A DNA stretch of 64,000 bases from Lama glama (taxonomy: Eukaryota). The DNA lies in NCBI GenBank assembly GCA_028534125.1, contig CM052816.1:74092001-74156000 (forward strand), in the 5' to 3' direction. This document shows, in pieces, positions 14,081-25,494 of the stretch (position 1 is the stretch's first letter; each line of letters begins with the position of its first letter). The notes under the pieces are model-generated. The model searched no databases, was not told the origin of the DNA, and saw only the letters and a list, made by a program, of their open reading frames with translations. Position numbers and translations under genes: made by a program.

Positions 14081-14099
14081 AGAAACTGAGCAATCAGAA

Positions 14100-14830
14100 C
14101 GCTAACGGAGGTAGGAAAGACGTGCACAACACAACTAATACTTTCCTACAACTCTGAAAGGCAGCCGTCGGTAGGCCAGGCCTGGCCCTGCGCGCACCGG
14201 CCCGCTGCCCGTACCGCGGAAGCGCGTCCCCAGGACCCGCGAGGCAGAGGCGGGACTCGCGCTGCGTCCAGGGTCCGGGCCGAGGCCGCGCAGGTGCCTG
14301 CAGTTCCCCGGGTCGCGCCAGGGGAGGCTCACGCCGGCAGGTGTCCGTGGCCTTGTGAGGTGCCGCGCCGCGCGGGTCTGGGACTCCACCCTCCCCGAGG
14401 CGCAGTACTTATTACACGTGAACCGCTCCCCCGCTCACGTGCTCTCCCTGCACCACACACACGCCACACGCGCGCGCGCGCGCACGAGAAAAGCCGCCCC
14501 ACCTCGACAGTGGCGTCGAGCAGGTTGCGCAGGCGCAGACCGGAGAGGCGGCGGCGGACGTGGCCCAGACAACGACCAGCACCACCCGCTTCCTGTTGCT
14601 GCCGCTCCGCAATCCTCCTCCGTCCCTTCCTTGGGCTGGGGCTTCCGTTCCCACACCTGGTCTCCGGTTCCCCAGCTCTCCTCTCCGGTCCACGGCCGCA
14701 TGGCCTACATGTACGTGTAGTGCGACAGCCGTAAAGCGGCGCAGCGTCGTGCTTGGGTCTTTTCCCCGTATTATATTGGTTTCCTCTGATTTTCCTTTTC
14801 TACGGTCGTGAGATGGACGCACAATTATTT
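14100..14830. promoter_or_regulatory. CpG island in CCL28 intron 1, promoter-like
   Basis: Abrupt GC- and CpG-rich block in an AT-rich intron. NRF1 motif TGCGCAGGCGCA 14526-14537, CACGTG E-boxes 14415-14420 and 14436-14441, ETS-like CGGAAG/CTTCC cores. Confidence 0.85.
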
Positions 14831-15143
14831 TATCACGTTTGTGTTTTAAATAAGTGCATTTAGGCTAAATTTAGCTGTACCCCACCTGTTACAATAGGTA
14901 GTACCTCCACTCTTTTCCAGAATAAGTATTTTGTGATTTCACCTTTAATCTCTGACTTGAATGGATTTTTAAGTTTCTAACCAAGTGGTATTTGTAAATT
15001 TATAAATATATTTTATTTATTATTTCAATCCAAGTTTTTAAACGGTTACTTTGCACAGAAACTATTACTTTGCCCAGGAACTACTTCTTGAAACACTGTA
15101 GAATAAAAAAGAAGTCTTAACTATAGATACGGTAAGGTAATAC

Positions 15144-16605
15144 TGTGATGCAGGGGAGAGGGAAAAAAAAACTCTCCTCTACCTTTCCAGGTTCTCTACC
15201 AGGGCCCCTGTAATGAAAGATAAATTAACAAGAGAAAAGCATATAAATTGATTTAGTTTAAGTTTTGTTTGACGTGGGAGGCTCCATAAAGAAATGAAGA
15301 CTCAAAAAATCAGTAGAGTTACGGCTTATATAACTATTTGGACAGAGAGTGGTAATTGTGAAAACGTGGGAAGACAAAGGAACTTGGCCTAGGGCAGATA
15401 AGCATGGAAAAGTGACTAGGAAGATAAGGGCTAGTTTAACAAGGTTTGTTTGTACAGATTTTTCGCGGCCTCCACTTCCCATTGTGTGGAGACACAATCC
15501 CACTTCACCCAGAGGGGCTGCTCTCCCTCCCCTACCAAAAATATCTTTCTTCCCCAGGTGCAGGGAGAGCACCTTTTACTTGGAAGTTTTCTCTCTGGCT
15601 TTTAGGACAGAGTGCCCTTTCTCCATCTGCTGGGTTTTTTTTAAAGTGATTTTAACTTAAAATCATCAACATGCCAGAATGGCATATTTTGGGGTGGCAA
15701 GTTTTGAACTTTCAGTGACAATGTTAGGGGATAGTGAGACCCCCTAAATTAGGAGGCCAACCAAAGTGTGGTGTGGGTCCTTGCCTGCCAGCTGGAAAGA
15801 ATTCACAGCTGAGGCAGAGGGACAGAACGAAAACTGCTTTTATTTCTCAAAAGAGGAAAAGGAAGGAAAGTGCTCAAGCAGGGAAAGGAAGCGCTTGAGC
15901 AGGGAGCTGCCATCCAAGATGGACGGTGGAGACAGCTCCAGCTTGGGTCAGGTCACAGACTTTTATGACAGTCTTCGGCATAATGTCCTCTTTCCAGCTG
16001 TGGTGGAACCAGTGAGTCCTTGTACGGACTTTTCGGTACTTGTATGGGCTTTTCCGGTTGTTGTCATGGCAATTGTCAACTGTCATGGTGCTGGTGGTGT
16101 GTCACTTAGCATGCTAATGAATTATAATGAGTGTATAATGAGGCTCAAGGCCCACTGGAAGTCATATCCTCCACCATCTTGGACTCTATTGGTTCTTCTG
16201 ATTGCAGTTGCCTCCTGAGACTTAGATATCTAAGAGCAATTGATTTCTACTCAGAGGAGGGACAGGGGTATGATCCTGGGCAACAGCCTTGGTAATAAAA
16301 AGGAAAGTTGCTTTTAACCAGCATGCCCACAATCTGGTGGGCACAGCCCCCCCCCCCCAATCTCCAAAGATTCTTTTCAGCCATGAAAGTTTTAAAGAGA
16401 AAGGGAGAAGTAATCTCAGTTAATCACTGAGATAGGTTGTCAGAGTCATTGCCAACTCCAATGCCCGCAGGCTTGTCCTAATGAACTGCTTGAGCCTGCT
16501 CTTCTATGACTTTGGGAGGCCTGGGATACTTCATTCAGCTCTTCTATAAACAAGAGGCAGGATTCTGGGTGGGGGGAGGTGTTCACAGGGTCCTGCTCAG
16601 TATCA
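15144..16605 (-). mobile_element. Cluster of adjacent/nested ERV1 LTRs (MER34-like ~15144-15714, second LTR ~15722-16295, third fragment to ~16605)
   Basis: MER34-like motifs (attaacaagagaaaagcata, ggcatattttggggtggc). The second LTR shares gtgggtccttg...gaaagaattca with the LTR at 27396. Boundaries approximate. Confidence 0.65.
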
Positions 16606-16606
16606 G

Positions 16607-16870
16607 CAATGCATTAGAAATTGTAGATTAAATGGACAATTTCTTAGAAAGCTATCAAAATTGACTCAAGAAGTTATAGAAAAATCTAAATAAACATATA
16701 ACTGTTAAGGAAATGAAGTCAAGGTTGAACATCTTTTCTTCAGACGGAAATCAGGCCTAGATGGTTTTAGAGGTTTTACCAAACACGAGGAGCAGACAAT
16801 CCTTGTCTTACACAAACTTTCTCGAATAACAGAAAAACAGAGAAAGCTACCCAATGCATTATGGGGAGCA
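16607..16870 (+). mobile_element. Old L1 ORF2 fragment
   Basis: aaatggacaatttcttagaaa...aaaattgactcaagaag...caggcctagatggtttt resemble L1 ORF2. Confidence 0.7.
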
Positions 16871-17736
16871 CAGGAGAATACTGTGTGCACGTGGCCTTAC
16901 GAATTTGCATGAACACATTTCAGTGTGGGGTTAGATTTCCTTTCGGATTTGTGTTGCCGTCTCCTCCTTATAGCTGGACAACATCAGTTCCTCCTAACTT
17001 GACTTTCTGCCCCCATCGCTCCCCATTTGTTTATCACTGCAAGACAGGTTTTCCTAAAACCCTTCCTCATTCACAAATCTTAAATGGACTCCATTTCATA
17101 AAAGATAAACCTCCTTAGACAGACATTCAAGGCCTCGGAGGTGTGACCTCGGTCTATCTTTTGAACCATATCTCCCATCACTCACCTTCCCAGCCATTCA
17201 GTTCAGACACAGTGGTCTGTTCCTCTCCATACCCTAAACGTGCCCTGGGCTTTCCTGTCTCAGAACTCTAGACCATGCACTTCCTTCAGCCCGGACAAGT
17301 CTTCTCAGGTTTTCTCCACCCATCCAAGTCCTCCAAGATTGAGTCAAGTCCTTCCCCGGTGGGTAAATGTCAAACCTGCTCCAGGGGCCCACGTGGTTGC
17401 TCTCTTCTGAGCTCGTGGGACACCCTGTCAACCTCACTTCTTCTTTAATCAGGTCCCATCTGCAACCCCACCAAGGTCGTTGTCTGGAGCTATTTTTCAT
17501 CTCTTCATATATTTTATGTCTTTGCACTTAGTTTTATCTTCCCCAAATAACAGTGTGAGTTCTGGAAGGTAGAGACGTGTCCCGTCCCCGGGTCTGTATA
17601 CATAGGGCCCCCCGGTGAGTGTTAGCCCCTTGCTCAAGTGGACTGACATTCTGTTTCTCTGGAGTCTTTGAGACGGGCGCCAGCCCAGTGTTGTATAAGC
17701 TGTAAGATTTAACAATTCTTCCTTTTCTTCTTTTAG

Positions 17737-17863
17737 CCATACTCCCCATTGCCTCCAGCTGCTGCACCGAGGTTTCACATCATATTTCCAGAAGGCTTCT
17801 GGAAAGAGTGAATGTGTGTCGCATTCAGAGAGCTGACGGGGATTGTGACTTGGCTGCTGTCAT
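17737..17863 (+). CDS. CCL28: CCL28 coding exon 2 (AILPIASSCCTEVSHHISRRLLERVNVCRIQRADGDCDLAAVI)
   Basis: Polypyrimidine tract and TTTTAG acceptor ending 17736. 127-nt exon with the CC motif. Donor CAT|GTGAGT at 17864. Phases match exons 1 and 3. Absent from the ORF track. Confidence 0.98.
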
Positions 17864-19300
17864 GTGAGTTTGCTGCCGCAGGAGGTCTAAACCTGCACAG
17901 ACACCACTTCTCCACCAATGGACAAAAGGTCTAGGTCAGGGAGGCTTTGCCTGTTACACAACAAAGACTCACTTAAACCTGGGAGGGGAGAACGGAGTGA
18001 AGGTCCTGGGGCGTCCAGAGCCCCAGGGTAGCCCTCTGCTCCCCGCCCTGCGGTGCTGCACTGAGGGCTACATGCTTTCAGTCATCGGACTATGTGCACG
18101 ACCTTCCTAAGCAAAACGAGGGACATTCTGAGTGAGAACAAAAGCAAAAACAGAAGTCGACTCTGTTCTACTTCATGGCTTTTGCTAACTTTTTTTCAGC
18201 AAGTAAATGGATTGCTGTCATTTTTACTATCTGAATTCGTCAAGTGTGCACGTAAGATTCAAACAGATGTGTAGAGACGTCCGTACCTGTCACAGGTGGT
18301 CCACGCAGTCAAGTTCCGATGCCCTCCTTTGCTTCTGATTCTGAGCCACTGGCCCATGGTGAACCCTCTCACCCCTTCTATCCCCACCCCTGACCCAGTT
18401 ATTCAGAACTTTGGACTTAGATGTACTTAATGTCTCCCCAGAGTTTAAATTCTGAAAGGCATTGGTATGTAGTAAATCTGGATTCTGACAGTAATGCTGT
18501 GAGGAAGGCACACATTATCTCCATGTCACACAGGAGAACGCTGTCACTGGGGAGACTACATAGTTCACTTGGTGGCAAACAGCGAGTGAATGGCACAAAT
18601 GGGGTGTGAAGTTAGGTATCTTCGTTCAGAACATGGTATATTTCCAAAGGCTTTCAAAAGTGATGGTGGGGGAAAAAAAGAAAAGTGATGGTGGAACTAC
18701 ACATAGCATGCTCTCCCCAAACTCCCACACTGGGCATCTCCCAGGAGTGCTGGTTTCAGCAGGACTCCAAGGCTGACACTGATGAGCCCTTTGGGCTACA
18801 TATAAGCCCATTGCTTATGCCTGAGTTGCTGAGTCACTGGGGAACCTCTTTATTTATTAAATGAATTCCACAAATATTTTACTGATTAGCTATGATGTAC
18901 CAAGCACCATTCTATATGCAAGAGATGCAGCAATAACAAAATAGAGTCTGTCCTCCTGGAATCTCCGGGAGACTCTATCCAACTGGGTCACACAGACTAG
19001 TCTCTGAGATTTAAGGTTCCCCCCACCCTTTCAAAGGAATCCATCCGTTACTCATCTTTGAGAAACACTGCTCCAAGACAGGGTTCTTAGAAGTGCAGAG
19101 GAAGCGTTTGGAAGATGTCCACTGACAGACTTCCTTCAGGTCTGGGGACCATGAACTCCCTGAAGTTTGTGGATATGAATGTGGGAGCATTTTTCCAGGG
19201 AGAAGATCGTTGGTTTTATAACCTCCTCAAAAGGATCTTAGATCCAACAAAGTTTAAGCATCACAATGTGCAGAGAAAGACAATTCCTGGCCCAGACTTT

Positions 19301-19444
19301 TTATTTTTTATTTTTTTGGGGGAGGGGGAGTTTATTAGGTCTATTGATTTACTTTTTACAAGTCTTTTTAAAGGATGTACTGGGGATTGAACCCAGGACT
19401 TGGGCTAAGCAAGTGCTCTACCATTTGAGCTCTACCCTCCCCTC
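19301..19444 (-). mobile_element. Vic-1-like SINE
   Basis: gtactggggattgaacccaggac...ctctacca core with T-rich tail on the left. Confidence 0.85.
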
Positions 19445-22400
19445 CCCAACTTTGAATAAGCATGAGTGTCTATGTGGGAGAAGAGAGAGGATGGAAAACC
19501 CTCTCAACATCTCCTCAAATCATATACCTTCTGAGGGGTGCTTCAAGTTCTCCGCTTCTTTGAAAAACTCCCTTACTATATGCCTGGCCAAGAGTCTACC
19601 AGTTTTTATTTAATTTTAATAAACAGTGCTGGTAATTGTTGGAGAGTGAAAATTCATAGGCAGTTCATAGCCAGTACTCTGGAGAATTGGAGATTCTGGA
19701 TACTGGTGTGAAGTCTACCTGCCTGAGGCTGCTCTGGCTACTCTCAGAAACACCAAATTCTCTGCTTTCAGTTCCTTCCACCTCATGGCCGTATGTCACC
19801 TTCAGAACTTGGAAGGGCTCCCAGGGGACTCCCAGAAAGCCATGGGGAAAGAACCAGAGAAAGTTTCCATGTGTGTATAAGAGTAAGAGACAGATGCAGT
19901 GATCATCAGGAGATACCACTGGTAACAGGATTTTCAGAGAAGTTTTCTTTGGAATAAGCAGGTATGAGATAGAGATCTAAAAGGTATAGGAACAGAAATG
20001 ATCTAAGTCCTCACTTCGATAAGGGAAAATATGATCAAAAACATGAAGCTTCATTTTAAAGAAGACTCAATTTTAGTAAAAGGAAAACTATAAAGCCAAT
20101 CACTTGGATCTAAAAAATACTTTATTCAAGTACTGATTTGTAAATTGACCTCTCTGTAGAGAAAAGGCAGCAGAAAAATATTGAGTAGTTATGACTTGGT
20201 CTGAGATAAGATGAAATTTGACTATGCAGTATTTTGCAATCATAAATTACAGATCATCTCTGTTGTGTTTCCTGACATTTGACATAAATAGATAAACGTT
20301 CTCTTGTTTTCAAATTGTTTTACTACATAATGTCTCTCTCCTTATCCAAAATGTAGTCTCTTAATTTTGAATGTGTATAAAGACTTTAAGGTTGGAGACA
20401 GGTGTTTTAGAAGCAGAAAACATAGCAAGTATTGGAAATATAATTCCCAAAGAGCATGTATTATTAACCACAATTAACTAATATAAATTAACTTACAGTG
20501 AACTCACTAGATTTAATTCCTTCTCCTTTTCTGCCTAGAAATAGGCCCCTTGTTTCACACGCTATAAATGATCACTGTAATTTTTGACGTCTGAGATAGC
20601 AGTTTGCTTATTTAAAATTCCACTACAGTGATTTCATTAAAGAGCTTCTAGCTGTTTCTAAACATAAACACAATGCAAAGTTGTTTATCTTGGTCAGAGG
20701 GCAGAGGTTTCTTGAATCATAGAGACATTACCTGTTGGAAAGAAAATTTTTGGTTATTGAATAATGTAATTTGAGAGGTTTCCATATTTTTTCAAAAGTG
20801 GTTGTTGAAGGACTGTTGTACTTACAGAAATGGGTGAAGAAATAAAGTTCAGGGAACAATTATAGGTATAATTTCTATGGCAGGTCCATCCCTTTAAATC
20901 TGTTGGACTGTTTCTAACAACTCTCTTGTGGGGGAAAAAAAATCAGGGGAACATCCTTATGGTTTCTTAGAGTTAAAACTCTCCACCTAGAAATCCACAG
21001 TGGGGTGGGGTCAGTGTCCATCAGAATACTGTGGAGTTGGGGAGAGGGGAGGGAGTGTGAAATAGGCTATCTCCTTGCCCACATTACTTCTCTTTTTATC
21101 CTGATGGATACACATGGGATACAAGTCGGGGTATCAGCCATCTTTAAACTTCAGGGGTTTACAACATCAGAACATCTTGGATTTGGGATGTGTGTTCTGG
21201 CAGCTAATTTTCCCCTCCTTGTATTACATTGAGAGGTTGAGGCCCCAGTGGGTAGGCCTTTGAAAAGGGTCCCACTTGTCAGGCGTTGCCTGTTCTCCTG
21301 TGGCTTTCCTCCTCCCTGGATCCTGTCTGTGTTCCCCCATCCAGTTCTCTCCTGCAGCACCAGCGCCAGTGCCCCTCCCTGAGGCTCCTCACTCCCCATG
21401 GAATAACGGCATCGAGTCCTAGTTCTCTCAGGGCAACCGACGGGCTTATCTGGTGTGTGTCGGCAGAGACTGTCCACTGGATATCTGCTCAGCTGCTCGC
21501 TGACACCACGGGGAGAGGGGGGTTCAGCCCTTCGGGAAGGATAGGAACTTCAGCTCTTTCTTGTTTATTGTTTTCTCTTCCACGTTAGTGCTGCAGCCAA
21601 GTTTTCTCCTGTAACAGCTGAAGGCAAACCAACTGGCCTCCATGAGAAGGAGCTCTGCTCTTGAAGACCTCTCAGTCGGATACACTTGGAGAATGTGTTG
21701 TTCTCCTATTAAGATGCCTCACTTCTTTCAAATGAATAATCCCACACTCTGGGCTTTTTATGCTCAAGCGCATTCAAGCCTTTCCCAACGTTCCTCCCTT
21801 TTTCATAAGTCCCCACATTAGCTGATGATTCCTCTCCCATCTGGGGAAATGGCAGCCTACTTTCTAGTCCCATTTTTACCCCCACAGAAAAGAGTCAGGC
21901 ATTTTAATTTACTCAGACATAGAAATATTGTATAGTTAGAGCCAGCGGGATTTTCAACATTTACTAAGAGTTGGATGGTGTCTGATGGGGAATTAAAAGT
22001 CACAGTATCTTTTGTAACAAGAATTCTTCTAGGTACCAGAAATTGTGACGGTGCTGTAGAATTCTCCCACCCCTATATCAAAACTTCATACAGAAAAATG
22101 ATAACAAAAACACATTCTGAGACGTGGTGTAGATCTATATTCTATTTAAATGTTAACAGATGCCTAGAACATTTTGATTGTTTTGTTGAAATAAAACCAG
22201 ACTGTTCTTATTTTGAAAAATTTGACTTCATGTCTACAACTAATCACTGAATTCCTGCTGTGAACAAGGCCTTTTCAAGACACTTCCAGATTATTCCTCC
22301 TTCAAGGAGCATAACACCACAGAGAAAGGAGGGTCTGAGACAGGCACTCAAATAAAAGATGGAGTAAACTAAGTGCCAGAAGAGACGTAACCGGTGCCAT

Positions 22401-22815
22401 GAGATTCAAAGGAAAAAGGGGCATTTAGTTGTGAGGATCTGGAAAAATCTTATGGAGGCAAATGTGTTTGAGATGGGCAGTTAGGAAGAAACTGGTTTTG
22501 CTGGGTGAAGTTTGGAGTCAGGAAAGAGAATTGGGTTTACTTAGTTTTTTTCCTCTCCCTCCCTCCCCCTCCCCATCTCCTCTCCCTTCTCCAATTCCTT
22601 CTCCTTGTAATACTTTTAAAACTTTCTGCAGATGTCTGAGCAACCACAGGCAGAAGTGTAGTCAAGTCAAGATTCATCCTTGTGGTCCTCAGCTTTAGGA
22701 TTCAGTCTCTAACATACACTGTGTCTAAAACGGGGAACTGCCTATAAATTCACTACGTTTTTTATCTACTTGTACTTTCTATCAGTGATTTTTTTCCCCC
22801 TTCTCTTCTTGACAG

Positions 22816-23005
22816 CCTTCATGTCAAGCACAGAAGAATCTGTGTCAGCCCGCACAATCATGTTATTAAGCAGTGGATGAAGGAACAAGCAGCTAAGAAA
22901 GATGCTAAAGGCAACGTTTGCCAGAAGAAACACCATGGCAGGAGGAACAGTAAAGGGGCACATCAGGGGAAGCGTGAAACACATGGCCACAAAACTCCTT
23001 ATTAG
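22816..23005 (+). CDS. CCL28: CCL28 coding exon 3 (LHVKHRRICVSPHNHVIKQWMKEQAAKKDAKGNVCQKKHHGRRNSKGAHQGKRETHGHKTPY*)
   Basis: Acceptor ttctcttcttgacAG ending 22815 and TAG at 23003-23005. Spliced CDS is 64+127+190=381 nt, giving 126 aa with six Cys and the His/Lys-rich tail ending GHKTPY typical of CCL28. Confidence 0.98.
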
Positions 23006-23503
23006 AGAGGGTACAGATGAAGCTACACAGATGAGTCCTGAGTGAACTTGGCCATAGTTCATTAGAACTATATCACATGGATGTTCCTTACTGGAAGCCA
23101 ACAGGGCAAAACAAAATATATTTTTAAGGGAACAATTATACAGATGCAAATGTAGCCAATAATGTATTCAACTGAAAAATGAAATGAAAAGAGAATACTT
23201 ATCTTCATATAATATTTTAAGAGCAGCATACAGATCTAATTTCAAAAACTTTTTCATTATGATGTTTTCCAAACCTACAAAGAAGTTGAAAAGGTTCTAT
23301 GAACACCTGTATTCCTTTCACCTAGATTAATCCTTGTTAATATTCTGCCACACTTGTTTTTTCTCTCTTCTTTGTACGTATGTATATAAAACATTATGTA
23401 TAAAAATATGTAATTCTTTTGCTAAACCATTTGAATAGAAGTTACAAACATCATGACACTTTATTCCTAAATATTTTTTAGTGTACACTTGGCATCCCTC
23501 AAG

Positions 23504-23509
23504 AATAAA
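23504..23509 (+). terminator. Candidate CCL28 polyadenylation signal AATAAA
   Basis: First AATAAA I find after the stop codon. Alternatives are ATTAAA 23744-23749 and AATAAA 24963-24968. Usage unknown. Confidence 0.35.
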
Positions 23510-24248
23510 GACTGTGTCTAATTACGCTATCAGCTTTATACCTAAAAAAGTAACAATTCATCATATGTATACACAGTATATGTATTCACATTCCACATTC
23601 AAATTTCTCCAACTTTTTCCAGAGCATTAGATTTTTTTCAACCAAAGTTTACATATTGCAATTTAATTGTTGTATTTCTTTAGTACCATTCCATCTAAAA
23701 AAATCCCTGCTTTTTTTTCTTTTTTTTTCTTCCCATGGCATGAATTAAAAAAAAAAAAAGAGCCCAGGCAAGACTTGGTTCCACATTCTTGGTTTGTCTG
23801 TTTCCTCAGGATCATATTCGGATTTAACAGTTTTTGGTAAGAATGCTTCCTATGTGAATTCGTATATGATTGCATTATTTAGAGTTCATGAACAGTGGAG
23901 TTCATTTTCTTCATAGAAAACTTTTAGCTGAATATCACCTTAAAACGCATAGTTTGAGTAACTACTGTTGTTTGGATCGACAAATTCTGACACTAAAAAG
24001 GAATGCCTGCTTTCCTCTGGGAGCTGTCTGCCTCCCAGTTGGTTCTGGGGGCAGACTGGGAAGGGGTCCGGAGTTGGGTCTGGTGGGATGACTTTACGCT
24101 CTCCTAAATAAGGAGCCTATATCCTTTATCCTATATCCTAACCCACCTTTCCCCCACGTTGTGGGTCTGTCCCCACTGTTCTGCTCCTCTTTTGCCCTCC
24201 TTGTTCACAGAGGCTCCGAGATGTAGAGTAAGAGGTAATTTTCACAAA

Positions 24249-24267
24249 CAGCCACCAGATGGCAGAA
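24249..24267 (+). promoter_or_regulatory. CTCF-like motif
   Basis: CAGCCACCAGATGGCAGAA fits the core consensus CCASYAGRKGGCRS, in apparently non-repeat sequence 1.2 kb after the CCL28 stop. Confidence 0.6.
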
Positions 24268-25002
24268 GCACAGCGTCCGCTCTGCCCGTGGTGTTGCCAG
24301 GATGACTTGAGTGTGATAATGGAGCACACGGAGGTGCTGAGCCTGATGTAGGTTAAAATATCACCAGACGGCCTTTGTCTAATACTCCTCACTGACACTC
24401 TTAGCATGTGATTTACTTATTCTTACCAACAATCCTGCGAGCTTTGTATTGATGTTTCCACTTTAAGGATCAGGAAACCAGAGGCTCATAGGGGTAAAAT
24501 GACTTGCCCAAGTGCACACAGTAAGCGGCCAAGACAAGCCTTGTACCCAGGGTTCCACTTCCCGTTTTCCCATTAGCCCTAGCAGTGAATCCTGGAAGGT
24601 GTGGACCTGGAGGTGGGGCGGAGGGAGGGGAATTCAGGTAAAGATCTGTGCATCTGGTGCTTCAACAAAGGGCCAGGGGATGGGCTGACAGTTTTACTTG
24701 GGTGCAGAATTAAGACATGTTGCTACTGGCATTGTTAGAGCTGATACCGGCAATAACCATCTTCACAGATTAAAATAGGTCCCAACCTGACTTTACTGAG
24801 TTTTGTACTCTTAGGTAGTGGAGGGAATCACACACTATTTATAGCCTTTGTTTTGCAAAATCTTCCTCACTGGGTTCTTCTTTTCAACATAAAGACAGAT
24901 TTTTGTCAAAAAATACAGCATTCTTCCACTCAACCGCATCATGCTTTTTAATATGAAAATATAATAAAATAGGTAATCTTGAGAAAAAAAATGAGTCCTT
25001 AA

Positions 25003-25272
25003 TGTCTCAGTCCCTTCTGGCTGCTATAACAAAACACCGGGGACTAGGTGGCTTGAAAACATTTATTTCTCACAGTTCTGGAGGCTGGGAAGTCCAGGAG
25101 CACAGTTTTGGCAGATTTGGTGTCTTGTGAGGGCTCTCTTCAGGGTTGGAGACTAAGGACTTCTCTCTGTGTCCCCACGTGGTGGAAAGGACCAGGGAGC
25201 TCTCCTGAACCTCTTTTACAAAACACTAATCCCATTCATGAGGGTTCCACCCTTATGACAAAAACACCTCCC
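25003..25272. mobile_element. MLT1 (MaLR) LTR, truncated on the right
   Basis: gctgctataacaaaa...atttatttctcacagttctggaggctgggaagtcc. Stops at cacctccc where L1 sequence begins. Confidence 0.8.
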
Positions 25273-25439
25273 AGATCGTCATTCTAAGCGAAGTAAGCCA
25301 GAAAGAGAAAGAAAAATGCCATATGATATCGCTTATATGTGGAATCTAAAAAAAGGGACACAAATGAACTTATCTACAAAACAAACAGACTCAGACATAG
25401 AGAACAAACTTATGGTTCCCTGGCGGGTAAAGGTGGTGC
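25273..25439 (+). mobile_element. L1 ORF2-end/3'UTR fragment, interrupted by an LTR
   Basis: attctaagcgaagtaagccagaaagagaaagaaaaa...catagagaacaaacttatggtt. No poly(A) tail retained. Confidence 0.85.
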
Positions 25440-25494
25440 TGACGCAGGAAAACGGGTGTGGGGCATGAGGAGGGCTGTGTCCCAGGTCTTGGTT

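Noticed and set aside
14135..14822. Six overlapping Arg/Pro/Ala-rich ORFs
   Set aside because: Expected stop-codon depletion in a GC-rich CpG island. No homology recognised.
20790..21730. GC-richer block in intron 2 with three overlapping ORFs (a similar block lies at ~61700-62480)
   Set aside because: No protein similarity recognised. It looks like an ancient LTR, but I cannot define termini or family well enough to annotate it.
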